A stretch of DNA of 64,000 bases from an uncultured Chloroflexia bacterium (GCA_963700285.1 CAVOXA010000010.1:1536001-1600000); one strand, 5' to 3'. Positions 30,052 through 42,200 are shown, numbered from the stretch's first letter. The notes: a model not told the origin generated them from the sequence alone. Numbers and translations: made by a program.

Positions 30052-31905
30052 ATGAGTGACGAACCGAAAGCCAAGAATGATACACAGAGTGCATTGACGG
30101 TAGAACGGGCAGCCTGGATCGTTGTAGGCTTGCTAGCAGCGGGCTTGCGCTTGTTCCAACTGGGCCTGCGCCCATTAGGCGAGGGGGAGGCCGCGCAGGC
30201 ACTGGCGGCCTATCGCTTTACCCAGGGCGCAGAACAGATAGCACCGGCCGGCGCCATCCCGGCGCTGTTCACGGCCAACGTCATCGGGTTCTCTCTGATG
30301 GGCGCCAGTGACATGGTCGTCCGCCTGCTACCCGTATTGGCCGGCTTGATCCTTGTCCTCCTACCTTATGGGGTGCGCCATCGCCTGGGGCGGGGAGGAG
30401 CACTGGCGGCGGCACTGCTACTGGCTTTTTCGCCGTCGGCCGTCTACTTTTCGCGGAGCCTGGACAGCGCCATTGTGGTTGCTGCCTGTGGCCTGGCATT
30501 GGTCGTGGGATTGATCAACTACCTTGACACCCGCCGGCCGGCTTTCCTCTATGCCGCGGCAGTCGCCCTGGGGGTGGGGCTGTGCGCTGGCCCCGGTACA
30601 TTTACCCTGCTTCTGATCTTTGCTCTCTTTGGGCTGGCACTCTATCTTGGTGCCAGATTCCTGGGCCGGACGAGCGGCTGGTCTTCGTTGGTCGCAGCCT
30701 GGTCGGACCTGCATGGCGGCAAGGGGTTGCTGTCCAAGACGGCCATCGTACTGGCCGCAGCCTTGGGTCTGACAGCGACAACCCTTGTCCTGCACCCGGC
30801 CGGCATTGGCAACGCCGCGGACCTATTGGCTACCTGGGCTCGGGGCTTTCTGCCGGAGCCGGGCGGCCAGCCCTTCATCTACCCGCTGTTGCTTCTGCTG
30901 CGCTATGAACCGCTCATCCTGCTACTGGGTTTGGTCGAGGCAGGCTGGGTCATGCTGCGCAGCCGGGCCGATCCTTGGTGGTCCGCCCAGCCCAGATCAA
31001 CTTTCCCTAACACGGCTTTCCTCACCTTCTGGGTGATAGCGGCATGCCTCATCATTCTGCTGGCCGGCCACAGACCCGCTGGCAACGTCCTGCTGGTGGT
31101 GGTTCCCGTGGCCTTGCTGGCCGGACAGGGAATCGAACGCGCCTGGCGGTGGGTGAGCAGGCGTGAACTCTGGCCATCAACCGCCCTGTTTGCAGCAGTG
31201 GCCCTCGGCGTGCTGGCTTTCTTTTACCTGCAGTTGGGCTTTTACAGTCACGCCAGTCCCACCAGTGCGATGCGCATCGCAGACCTCACGCTCTATACCA
31301 TGTCCACCCACCTGATCTTGGTTTCTGTATCGCTGCTGCTGTTGATCGCCCTGGGCGCCATTGTCTGGATCTGGCGCGGCCCGGAAATCGTGGTTGCCGG
31401 TGGTTGGGTGACCATCCTGGTGGCCCTGGGACTGCTCGGGTTCCAAGCCATGTGGGGGCTGAACTTTGCCCATGCCAGCGATCCCCGCGAGTTGATGATC
31501 TCAGAAACCACAGCCCCGGAGATACGGGATATGGTCGTCCAGATGGAGGCTCTCTCACGAGAAAAAGCCGGGGATACCCACACACTGCCGATTACGACGG
31601 ATGCAGCCACGGGGCCGGTGGTTGCCTGGTATCTACGGGCATTCAGGGACCAGACGGTAGTGGAGGGTCTGTCCGATCCACCCAGCACGCTGGCCGCTGT
31701 AACCCTGGTCATGGAAGATCCTCCCATTGGCGAGACGTTCCGGGGTCAGGGCTTTCCCTTGCGGACCCAATGGCTCTTCCCCCAACTGCAGCAGGGAGCA
31801 TGGGCCCAGTGGGGTCAGGAGCTGGCCGGTTGGCTACTGTTCACAACGGGAGATCAACCCACTACAGATCAAGAGGTGGTGCTCTGGGTAAGAAGTGACC
31901 CGTAA
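30052..31905 (+). CDS. GT-C/TIGR03663-like polytopic membrane protein
   Basis: LRLFQLGLRPL..EAAQAL, SDMVVRLLP, FSPSAVYFSR; many TMs; C-terminal AWYLR. Confidence 0.75.
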   Translation: MSDEPKAKNDTQSALTVERAAWIVVGLLAAGLRLFQLGLRPLGEGEAAQALAAYRFTQGAEQIAPAGAIPALFTANVIGFSLMGASDMVVRLLPVLAGLILVLLPYGVRHRLGRGGALAAALLLAFSPSAVYFSRSLDSAIVVAACGLALVVGLINYLDTRRPAFLYAAAVALGVGLCAGPGTFTLLLIFALFGLALYLGARFLGRTSGWSSLVAAWSDLHGGKGLLSKTAIVLAAALGLTATTLVLHPAGIGNAADLLATWARGFLPEPGGQPFIYPLLLLLRYEPLILLLGLVEAGWVMLRSRADPWWSAQPRSTFPNTAFLTFWVIAACLIILLAGHRPAGNVLLVVVPVALLAGQGIERAWRWVSRRELWPSTALFAAVALGVLAFFYLQLGFYSHASPTSAMRIADLTLYTMSTHLILVSVSLLLLIALGAIVWIWRGPEIVVAGGWVTILVALGLLGFQAMWGLNFAHASDPRELMISETTAPEIRDMVVQMEALSREKAGDTHTLPITTDAATGPVVAWYLRAFRDQTVVEGLSDPPSTLAAVTLVMEDPPIGETFRGQGFPLRTQWLFPQLQQGAWAQWGQELAGWLLFTTGDQPTTDQEVVLWVRSDP

Positions 31906-31994
31906 CTCGGCATTCAGGATTCATCGGCCAGGGTACAGGACTCGTTAGCAGGACTTTTTCATCCGTCGACATTCGTCACAAGAGGTTATCAGGT

Positions 31995-34900
31995 ATGGAA
32001 ACAAACGACAAGCCATCATTCTTTGACAGACCGTTGGCAGAGGTTCTAAAACCCAACTGGGAAAAGGCCATCTACCTCGTCATCTTTGTCCTGGCTGTGG
32101 CCAGCCGCTTCTGGGATCTAGGAGCGCGGGTCATGAGCCACGACGAGAGTCTGCACGCGCTCTATTCCTACTACCTGTACAACGGATCTGGCTACGTCGC
32201 ACAACCCCATGATGCACGGCCCCTTTCTCTTTCACGCCAATGCCCTGATTTACTTTCTCTTTGGCGACAACGACTTTCACGGCCCGGATTGTACCCGCCC
32301 TCTTTGGCGTGTTCATGGTCATGAGCCCGCTGCTGCTGCGCCGCTGGCTCGGTCGGGTGGGGGCTATCATCACCGCCATCTTGCTGCTGATCTCGCCCTC
32401 GTTTCTCTACTACTCGCGCTATATCCGCAACGACATCTATATCGCCGTCTGGACCATCGTGCTCATTGCCGCCCTCTTTCACTTCATGCAGGAGCCGCAA
32501 GCCGGGCTGGTTCTATATGGGCGCGGCGGTGCTCATGTTGTCGCTGGCAACCAAGGAGAATGCCTACATCTTTGGCTTCATCGGCCTGCTCTATATCATC
32601 GAGGTGTATCCTCTGGGAAAGGGTCAGCCGCCGGAATCAACTCTGGCTCTACATTGGCGGCGCGGCGCTGAGCCTGGTTTTGTTGCTCGCGGCCTATTTC
32701 CTGGGACGCTCGCCGGGAGAAGCGGCCGAGGCCGCCGAAGGGGTCGCAGGCGTGCCAGAAGCTAGTACTAAGCGTTGTCACCGTGGTGGGAGGCACTCTG
32801 CCAGCGGTCCTGATCAGCGCCAGTCTGATCCGCTCTCGCCATCCCACGGCCCAGCAGCATCGAAGAGGCGCTCCGTTCGCTTTCCTGGCAGGATTGGCTC
32901 ATCGCCCTCGTCGTCATGTTTGTCATCTATGCCCTGCTGTTCACCACCTTTTTTACCAACCCGGTAGGACTGGGCACCGGCGTCTTTGGCTCCATCAGCT
33001 ACTGGCTGGCCCAGCAAGAGGTCCAGCGAGGCGGACAGCCCTGGTATTACTATTTCCTTGTACTGACCATGTACGAGCTTTTTGCCATTCCTGTTCAGCT
33101 CAATTGCTACGGTATTCTACCTGGTTCGCAGCCTGCTGCCGCAGCCTGAGGAGGCGGGAGCCCGGCCCCTTCTGATGAAATATTGCCATCCGAGGCACAG
33201 CCCTCCGAAGAGCGACTGCTAGAGGATCCAACCGCAGTTGAGGGCATGCCCGCCGCTCAACCGGAACGCGATGGTTTGCTTTCAAATGCCTCCGACGCCC
33301 GCTTTGTCGCCTTTTTGATCTTTTGGAACATCAGCACACTCTTTATCTATAGCTGGGCCGGGGAAAAGATGCCTTGGCTGGTCCTCCATCCGGTTCTACC
33401 CATGATCGTGCTCACCGGCAAGTTTGCCGGGGACCTGTTCGAAAAAGTGGATTGGCGGGCTGTCTGGCAGCGTGGCGGGGCATTGCTGGCCCTGTTGCTG
33501 CCCATCACGCTCTTTGGCCTGGTTACCTTGGTCAAACTACAGCCCTTCCAGGGCCTTTCGATCTTTAAGCTGCAGGAGACGGGCAACTGGCTCGCCGCGC
33601 TGTTGGTAACGCTGTTGTTGCTGGCCCTTACGGTGGTGGTCATCAGGCGGGTGGGGGCCAGATACTCGCATCCTGGTCACCCTGGGTACCCTGTTGATCT
33701 TTTTAGGGTTCTTTACCGTGCGCTTTGCCTGGATGGCAGCCTATATCAACTATGACTATGCCACAGAACTCCTGGTCTATGCCCACGGCGCCGCCGATGC
33801 CAAACCTACCATGAACGAGATAGCCGACATCTCCCAACGCACAGTAGGCGACAAGATGATCGAAGTAGCCTACGACAGCGACGTGACGTGGCCGCTAGAG
33901 TGGTACATGCGCGAGTATCCCAACCAAAAGTTTTACGGCGAAACACCCACCCGCGAGAACCTGGACGTGCCCGTCGTCCTGGCCGGGGACAAGACCGATT
34001 CCAAGGTCCAGCCCTTCCTGGGCGACCGCTACTATCGTTTCAAGCGGCGGTTGGTATGGTGGCCCAACCAGGAGTATATGGGCCTGACCTGGGAGCGGAT
34101 CGGCGACATCCTGACATCGCCGGAAAAGCGCGAGATCCTGTGGAAGATCCTCTACTTTCGCGAGTACCCGCGCACCCCCGACGATTGGTACCACGTCCAC
34201 AATATGTACCTCTATGTGCGCAAGGACGTTGCCCAGCAGCTCTGGGACTTATGGCGCCGTGCCGCCGGAAGCCATCGAGATGCTGCCTGACCCCATAGGT
34301 CGAGGCCACGCCAGGAGCTGCTCACTGAGCAGGTGTGGGGCACGGTGGGCACCGATGCCGGCCTGTTCAACCACCCCCGGGGCGTGGCCGTTGGGCCAGA
34401 AGGCAACGTGTACGTGGTGGACTCGGACAACCACCGGGTACAGGTTTTTGACGCCAGCGGCACCTTCCTGCGGTAGTGGGGCAGCAACTGCAACCTGGCC
34501 ACCGGCACCGGCTGCGTCGATCCGGATGGCGATGGGCCGTTGGCCATGGGCGATGGCCAGTTCCAGGAACCGTGGGGCATCACCGTCTCCAAGACTGGGC
34601 GCGTCTACGTTACCGATACCTGGAACCATCGCATCCAGGTCTTTGACTCGGAAGGTACCTTCCAGGACAAGTGGGGAACCTATGGCCAGACCGATACCGC
34701 GACGAGCCTGCTGTACGGACCCCGCGACATCGCCATCGACGATTCGGGCCGGATGTTCGTTACCGATACAGGCAACAAGCGTATCATGGTCTTTGCCCAG
34801 AATGGCAGCTACTTGGATCAGTGGGGCGGGGGCGGCATGCTCCGGGCCAGTTTGAGGAACCGGTGGGCATTGACGTAGGCGCGGAAGGCAACATCTATGT

Positions 34901-35231
34901 GGCCGATACCTGGAACCAGCGGGTTCAGGTCTTTGACAGCGATCTGGTTCCCCTGCGTGAGTGGCCGGTGGAGGCCTGGTACGGCGAGTCGGTGCTGAAC
35001 AAGCCCTATCTTGCCGTGGATGACCAAGATCGGGTGTACATCACCGACCCGGAGGGCTACCTGGTCATCGTCTACAGCAACGAAGGGGAGCTGCTGGCGA
35101 CCTTTGGCCAGTTTGGCTACGACGACGCGTCTTTCGCCCTACCCACCGGCATCGATGTGGATGGTGAGGGCTATATCTATGTGACCGACACCGACGGGCA
35201 GCGGGTGATGAAATTCGAGCCGTTGCCCTGA
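31995..35231 (+). CDS. TIGR03663-family (Agl23-like) membrane protein fused to NHL-repeat beta-propeller; multiple frameshifts and one in-frame TAG
   Basis: RVMSHDESLH, MMHGP, YYSRYIRND, RGGQPWYYY, YSWAGEKMPWL, ELLVYAH, then NHL repeats (VYVVDSDNHRVQVF, VYVTDTWNHRIQVF, IYVADTWNQRVQVF). Confidence 0.82.
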
Positions 35232-35271
35232 GGTACATCGCCGCAGCCTGAGATAGTACAGCCCTCTGATG

Positions 35272-35307
35272 GAACGGTGCCCGGGTGTTTTCACCCGGGC
35301 GCCGTTC
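35272..35307 (+). terminator. Strong hairpin after the glycosylation cluster
   Basis: GAACGGTGCCCGGGTG-tttt-CACCCGGGCGCCGTTC. Confidence 0.65.
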
Positions 35308-35639
35308 TCGTGTGCAGCCTCCCGATGAGGCGTACACGGGGGGCTTGTACCCACCATTCATCGCACACCCTGGCATAGGCCTGTCCCCCTGCCTGTGCTG
35401 CGTAACTGCCTCGTATGGAACACCCAAGGCCGTCCAGAATTCCGCACGAAACTCTCGCACAAAACTCACACAATTGCTATAGATCCAGATACCGATTCCG
35501 AATATAATAGAGTAGTACGTCCAGATTGTCGAGATCAGGAGGATCCAACAGCAGCAAGAGCTGAACCACGGTGGTGCCAGATATCGATCCGGTCCGAAGG
35601 GTGCTCCCATCGCGTTCTTGCCAGGGTGTGGAGCTCCTA

Positions 35640-35789
35640 TCACCATTCCCTTGCCCTCAACAAGTGGATCGCCGTTCCGGCCCGTACATTGGAGCTATGG
35701 CGCACCTGTACCACAAAACGACATTGGAGCAGTCCGACGACCTGGAAGCGTGGCCGGCGGAGGAGGCCGGAAGAGGGGGTGGTCAATGA
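35640..35789 (+). pseudogene. Degenerate remnant of an S74-chaperone/coiled-coil C-terminus
   Basis: YIGAMAH..LY..DDLEAW..GGGQ* resembles HIGPMAQ..LY..DDLEARL..GGEQ* at 38395-38642, with the same ATGA overlap into the next small gene. Confidence 0.5.
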
Positions 35790-36094
35790 AACGCACGACG
35801 ATGGCAGTTGCCCTGATCGGCCTGCTCCTACTGGCTGGGTCGGCACTCGCCCAGACGGGTAGAAGCTTTGACCTGTCGTGGCACACGGTGGACGGAGGTG
35901 GGGCCTTAAACCTGACGGGTCTCTCAGACCCGTCAGGTTTTGGTTTTGCGCTGGGCGGGACGACGGGCCAGCCCGATGCCGGCCTGCTGTCGGGCGGAGG
36001 CATGACCCTCGGTGGTGGATTCTGGGGTGGGGGGGCCGCCGTCCTGCCACCGCCAGGTGGGTACGAGGTCTATCTGCCTGTCGTGCAAAAGTGA
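35786..36094 (+). CDS. Small secreted Gly-rich protein with C-terminal YLP motif (cassette 1, small gene)
   Basis: Signal peptide ending ALA; [29 protein letters not shown]; ends YEVYLPVVQK*. Confidence 0.85.
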   Translation: MKRTTMAVALIGLLLLAGSALAQTGRSFDLSWHTVDGGGALNLTGLSDPSGFGFALGGTTGQPDAGLLSGGGMTLGGGFWGGGAAVLPPPGGYEVYLPVVQK

Positions 36095-36189
36095 GTGGGC
36101 AGAGATGCAAGGGTTGAGGCTCTGCGTCTCTTGGCAGCCGCGAATCTCGAAATGGTAAAGAGCCCTTGAGCAAGAAAAGGAGGAGAAAG

Positions 36190-38642
36190 ATGGCAGGGAA
36201 ACAGATGATCGGCAGCGTGACGCTGGTGGTGCTGCTACTCAGCTTGGTGGCTGGCGCCACCTTTGCCCAGGACCAGGCGCCTGTGAGGGCGCCCCTGGCC
36301 CCGGCCTTTACCTACCAGGGCCGGCTGGCGGACGGCAGCGGGCCGGTGACGGACACCTGCGATTTTGCCTTCCGCCTCTACGATCAGGCGGGCAGCGGCA
36401 GCCCACCCACAGGGGGCACGCTCCTGGGCACAGAGACGGCCAAGGGGGTGGCCGTGGTCGGCGGCCTGTTCACTGTTTTCCTGGACTTTGGGGCAGGGGC
36501 CTTCCAGGGCCAGGCGCGGTGGCTGGAGGTGGAGGTGGATTGCGGCGATGGCGGAGCGACGCTGAGCCCGCGGCAAGCGCTGACGGCAGCGCCCTATGCG
36601 CTGTGGGCCGTGGGGGCGGGCAGCGCGCCGTGGGGGGGTCTGAGCGGGGTTCCGGCGGGCTTTGCCGACAGCCAGGACAACGATGCGCTGGGCGGGCTGC
36701 GGTGCGGCAGTGGGCAGGTGCCCCAATGGGATGGCAGCGGCTGGGTGTGCGCCGGCGGGGGCACGGCCTACAGCGCCGGGACGGGTCTGCGCCTGGCAGA
36801 GGCCAAGTTCAGCCTGTCGACGAGCTACCGCCTGCCCCAGACCTGTGCCGATGGCGAGATCGCCCAATGGGACAAGGCCAACGAGGTTTGGGTCTGCGGC
36901 ACGGACGACGCGGCAGGCCACACGGCAGGCAACCAGCTCAGGCTGGAAGGCACGGCTTTCCACGTGGTGGAGGGCGCGGGTTCAGGGTTGGATGCGGACC
37001 TGCTGGATGGGCAGGAGGGCGCCGCCTACCAGGCGCGGGTGAGTGGCGCCTGCCCGGCGGGCCAGAGCATCCGCGTCGTCAACGCCGACGGGACGGTGGT
37101 CTGCGAGGCGGACAACGATAGCGGCGGGGACATCACCGCCGTGACTGCCGGGACCGGGCTCAGCGGGGGTGGGGCAAGCGGGGCGGTGACGCTGTCCGCC
37201 GACACAACCTATGTGCAGCGGCGGGTGAGTGGCAGTTGCGCGGCAGGCAGCAGCATCCGCGTGGTACAGGCCGACGGAACGGTGATCTGCGAGACGGACG
37301 ACACAGGGGTGAGCGGCTCGTTCTGGTCGCTGGCGGGCAACGCCAGCACCACGCCAGGTATAGATTTCCTGGGAACGACCGACAACAAGGCCTTGGAGCT
37401 AAAGGTGAATGGCGAGCGTGCGCTGCGCCTGGAACCGGCGGCGGCAAGCCCCAACCTGATCGGGGGCCACAGCTCCAACCTCATCGGCAGCGGGGTAGCT
37501 GGCGCCACCATCGGCGGCGGGGGGAGCGCCGGCGCCACCAACCGCGTGCGCGGCCCCTACAGCACGGTCGGCGGGGGCGAAAACAACGAGGCTGGCGCGT
37601 CCTTCGACGGGGGTGTGAATTCTTTTGCCACGGTTGGTGGAGGCGACACCAACACCGCCAGCGGCGGAGCCGCTACCGTCGGCGGAGGTGAGAGCAACGA
37701 AGCAGCGGGCTCCCACGCCACGGTCGGCGGGGGCCAGGGGAACTCAGCCCTCAACACCCATGCCACAGTCGGCGGCGGTTTTGGAAACACGGCGAGCAAC
37801 TCCTACACCACCGTGGCAGGGGGCGGGGGCAACGACGCCGGGGCTTCAGGTGCTACTGTGGGCGGTGGCACAGAGAACATTGCCAATGGGAGCAGGGCTA
37901 CTGTAGGGGGGGAGAATGGAACCAAGCCCTCTCCAGCCATACCACCGTATGTGGCGGCCGAGAGAACGAGGCCAGCCAGGAAAGTGCCACGGTCGGCGGG
38001 GGCGCGGGCAACACGGCTAGCGGAAAATATGCCACCGTCCCCGGAGGATCTATGAATCTGGCCGCCGGCCAGTATAGCTTTGCCGCCGGTCAGATGGCCC
38101 AGGCCAACAACCAGGGCTGCTTCGTCTGGAGCGACGCCATTACGGGCTATACCACCTGCAGCACCGACAACCAGACTATCTTCGGCTCTACCGGCGGCTT
38201 CTACATCTACACCAGCACCGGTAGTCCACCCTCGGGCCTGTATCTTGCCGCCTCAGGCAGCGCCTGGAATGTGCACAGTGACCGCGAGGCCAAGGAGAAC
38301 TTGGAGGCCGTGGACAATCAGGCCCTCCTGGCCAGACTGGGCCAGATACCTATGACAACTTGGAACTACAGAGCTCAAGACCCATCCATCCGCCACATTG
38401 GGCCGATGGCTCAGGATTTCAATGCGCTGATTGAGGGCCTGGGCGGCGAAGGAGAGGGCTACATCAACAGCCTCGACGCCGACGGCGTGGCGTTGGCTGC
38501 CATCCAGGGCCTGTACATCCAGAATCAGGAACTCTCGGCTGAGAACGCGACACTTTGGCAGCAGATGGATGACCTGGAGGCGAGGCTGGCGGCCCTGGAG
38601 GCGATACTGGCGGCGCAGGCCGCGACAGGGGGCGAACAATGA
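36190..38642 (+). CDS. Secreted tail-fibre-like protein with YadA/Hep-Hag-like repeats and C-terminal Peptidase_S74 intramolecular chaperone; frameshift at G-run 37906-37912
   Basis: Signal peptide; AFTYQGRL domain; Cys-Gly repeats ([19 protein letters not shown], [16 protein letters not shown]); (A/S)TVGGGxxNxA repeats; [17 protein letters not shown] plus coiled coil. Confidence 0.83.
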
Positions 38643-38947
38643 AACGCACAGCGATGGCTGCAGCTTTCATCGCTCTCCTCCTGCTGGCTGGCTCGGCCCT
38701 GGCTCAGACCGGTGGCGACTATGACCTGTCATGGTACACGGTGGACGGCGGCGGCGCGCTGGATCTGGTGGGGCACCCAGAGCCATCGGGCCCTGGGTAC
38801 ACGCTGGGCGGGACGACGGGCCAGCCCGATGCCGGCCTGATGGCGGGCGGAGGCTTGACCCTCGGCGGTGGATTCTGGGGTGGTGGGGCCGCTCCGCCGC
38901 TACCGCCCGGCGGGTACGAGATCTATCTGCCTGTCCTGCTAAAGTAG
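38639..38947 (+). CDS. Small secreted Gly-rich protein with C-terminal YLP motif (cassette 2, small gene)
   Basis: Close paralog of 35786..36094; ends [10 protein letters not shown]. Confidence 0.87.
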   Translation: MKRTAMAAAFIALLLLAGSALAQTGGDYDLSWYTVDGGGALDLVGHPEPSGPGYTLGGTTGQPDAGLMAGGGLTLGGGFWGGGAAPPLPPGGYEIYLPVLLK

Positions 38948-39045
38948 GTGGGCAGGCAGGCATGCAGGGCGTGAGACTTCAGACCCCGAGAGCCAGCAGT
39001 CGTGAAAAAGGCACAGCACGCTCGAGTGCGAAGAGGAGGAGAAAG

Positions 39046-41960
39046 ATGACGAGAAAACAGATGGTCGGTACTGTGACGCTGGTGGTACTCTTGCTCAGCC
39101 TGGTGGCCGGCGCCGGCTTTGCCCAGGAGGGGGTGACCGTGGGGGCACCTCTGGCCCCGGCCTTTACCTACCAGGGCCGGCTGGCGGACGGCAGCGGGCC
39201 GGTGACCGGCACTTGCGATTTCACCTTCCGTCTGTACGACCAGGCGGGCAGCGGCAGCCCACCCACAGGGGGCACGCTCCTGGGCATGGAGACGGCCAAG
39301 GGGGTGGCGGTGGTCGGCGGGCTGTTCACTGTCTTCCTGGACTTTGGGGCAGGCGCCTTCCAGGGCCAGACGCGGTGGCTGGAGGTGGAGGTGGATTGCG
39401 GCGATGGCGGAGCGACGCTGAGCCCGCGGCAAGCGCTGACGGCAGCGCCCTATGCGCTGTGGGCCGTGGGGGCGGGCGGCGCGCCGTGGGGGGGTCTGAG
39501 CGGGGTTCCGGCGGGCTTTGCCGACAGCCAGGACAACGATGCGCTGGGCGACCTGTCATGCGCCAGCGGTGAGGTGCCCCAATGGGATGGGAAAGGGTGG
39601 GCCTGTGCCGCCGGGGGTGGAGCCTACAGCGCCGGGACGGGACTGCGGCTGACCGAGGGCAAGTTCAGCCTCTCGACGAGCTACCGCCTGCCCCAGACCT
39701 GTGCCGATGGCGAGATCGTCCAATGGGACAAGGCCAACGAGGTTTGGGTCTGCGGCACGGACGACGCGGCAGGCCACACGGCAGGCAACCAGCTCAGGCT
39801 GGACGGCACGGCTTTCCACGTGGTGGAGGGCCCAGGCTCCGGCCTGGATGCCGACTATCTCGACGGGCAGGAGGGCGCTGCCTACCAGGCCCGCGTCAGC
39901 GGCACCTGCCCGGTGGGCCAGAGCATCCGCGTCGTCAACGCCGACGGTACTGTCGTCTGCGAGACCGACGACGACACCGCCGACCATGGGGCGCTGGCCG
40001 GTCTGGCCGACGACGACCACCTGCAGTACTTCCACCTGGCGCAGAACGAGACAGTGGCCGGGCGGCCGGCCTTCAACGGAGGGACGTCGGGTTCGACAGC
40101 GCCCTTTAGCGTCGACAGCAACGCGGTGGTGGCGAACCTGAACGCGGACCTGCTGGATGGGCAAGAGGGCGCGGCCTACCAGGCCCGCGTGACTGGCACC
40201 TGCCCGGCAGGCCAGAGCATCCGGGTGGTGAACGCCGACGGGACGGTGGTCTGCGAGGCGGACGACGACAGCGGTGGGGACATCACCGCGGTGACGGCCG
40301 GGACAGGGTTGGGCGGCGGGGGGTCGGCCGGGGCGGTGACCCTATCGGCGGACACGACCTACCTGCAGCGGCGGGTGAGCAGTACCTGCCCGGCAGGCCA
40401 GAGCATCCGGGTGGTGAATGCCGACGGGACGGTGGCCTGCGAGGCGGACACGGATACCACCTACAGCGCCGGGACGGGGCTGGGTCTGACGGGTACGGCC
40501 TTCAGTGTGGCGCAGAGCTACCGGTTGCCACAGGGCTGCACCGGTGGCAAGATTGCAGAGTGGAACGGGAGTGCCTGGGTCTGTGCTGACGACGACAGTG
40601 GCGGGGACATCACAGCGGTGAACGCTGGAACGGGGCTCAGCGGCGGGGGGACCGAAGGATCGGTGACCCTGTCCGCCAACGTGGACTATTTGCAGCGCAG
40701 GGTGAGCGGCACCTGCCCGGCGGGTAGCAGCATCCGCGTGGTGCAGGCCGACGGGACGGTGATCTGCGAGACGGACGACACGGGGGTGAGCGGGTCGTTC
40801 TGGTCGCTGGCAGGAAACGCGGGCACGACGCCGGGCACCCACTTTCTGGGGACGACGGACAACAATGCCCTGGAATTCAAGGTGAACAGCGCGCGGGCGC
40901 TACGGCTGGAGCCTACGGAGTTGACGCCGAACTTGATTGGGGGCTATTTGGGCAATTCGGCGGATGCTGGTACGCAGGGGTGGTCATTGGGGGTGGCGGA
41001 AACCAAGGCGGCATCGTCCGCTGGCCCAGTGTGGGCGGCCCAAATCGAGTCACCGACGGCTACGGTACCATCGGTGGCGGGGTAGGGAACCGGGCGGGTG
41101 ATGCGGCCGGCGAGGCCTGGGACGCCAGCTATGCCACCGTGGGCGGCGGTGGACGGAACGAAGCTGAGGGTGAAGCGTCCACGGTGGGTGGCGGGGCGTG
41201 GAACTGGGCTAGCGGCGCATACTCGACCGTCGGTGGAGGACTGAGCAACAAAGCCACCGCCAATTATGCCACCATCGGTGGCGGTGGCCCCTCTGATGAG
41301 GCGGACGCATCTACGTCCAACCGTGTGACCGACAACTATGGCACAATCGGCGGCGGCGGGAACAACGTGGCGGGCGACGAGGCCGGGACAGATGCGCGCT
41401 ACGCAACAGTGGGTGGCGGTGGCTCGAATCGCGCCAATGCGGCGTACGCGACCGTCCCCGGTGGGCAAGGTGCACAAGCTGACCAGCACGGCCAGATGGC
41501 CTACGCCAGTGGCAGCTTTGCCGAGCCAGGTGATGCCCAGGCCGGGCTTTATGTGCTGCGTGCTGAGACAACCCCGGGTGTCGGACGGACCAGGCTATTC
41601 TTGGACGGCGCCGGTAAGGAGCTGACAATCGCCAGCGGCCGGACGGTGGCGTTCGACATCCTGGTCGTGGCGCGCAGCGAGGACAGCGAGTCCGCAGGCT
41701 ACACCATCCAGGGCGTGGTTGAACACCATGCACCTCCGGGAATTAGGTGGGAGTTTCGCTTCGTTGGTACTCCGAGCGTCACTACCCTCGCAGAGGACGA
41801 TCCGAGCTGGGGATTAGAGATCGAGATCAATTCTCAGGATGGGACATTATCCCTCTGGGCTCTTGGCGAGAGCAGCATCCGCGAGAGCAGCGTCCGCTGG
41901 GTGGCTACGGTGCGCACGTCGGAAGTAGCCCAGGAAGTGCCCCCACCCATCCTCCCGTAG
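39046..41960 (+). CDS. Secreted fibre-like protein paralog with a different C-terminal domain; frameshift near 40980
   Basis: N-terminal ~280 aa nearly identical to the 36190 gene; extra repeats including [16 protein letters not shown]; ATVGGG repeats; C-terminus [21 protein letters not shown] with no S74 domain. Confidence 0.82.
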
Positions 41961-41977
41961 GACGGAGGGGTTAACAG

Positions 41978-42200
41978 TGTTCAATCACCGGCGCGGAGGA
42001 TTCTGGCTGGTCTTGGCGGCTGCCACGGTCACGCTCCTCCTGACAGGAATCGTCCTGGCCCCAAAAAGGAGGGCCCGAATAACCTGTCCTGGCATACGGT
42101 CGACGGCGGCGGGATGATGGATCTGACGGGCCTCTCAGGCCCTACAGGTGTTGGCTATGCGCTGGGCTGGCCAACCGTCCCGCCGTGTGGTCTTCTACCT
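41978..42200 (+). pseudogene. Truncated third copy of the small cassette gene
   Basis: Signal-like segment, then NLSWHTVDGGGMMDLTGLSGPTGVGYALG, broken by a frameshift and truncated; no YLP tail. Confidence 0.65.

Noticed and set aside
34474-34476. In-frame TAG in an NHL repeat (FLR*WG) as pyrrolysine or recoding
   Set aside because: It is one substitution from CAG in an error-rich gene; TAG is a normal stop elsewhere here and no pyl genes are present.
35444-35508. Direct repeat GCACRAAACTC x2 and TATAAT upstream of the cassette array
   Set aside because: Only two copies, and the -35 spacing is wrong; too weak to call an operator.
37906-37912. Poly-G frameshifts in both fibre genes (also near 40977) as phase variation
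   Set aside because: The runs are short (G7, G4) and single-base indels occur throughout the window, so homopolymer sequencing error is more parsimonious. It cannot be excluded without reads.
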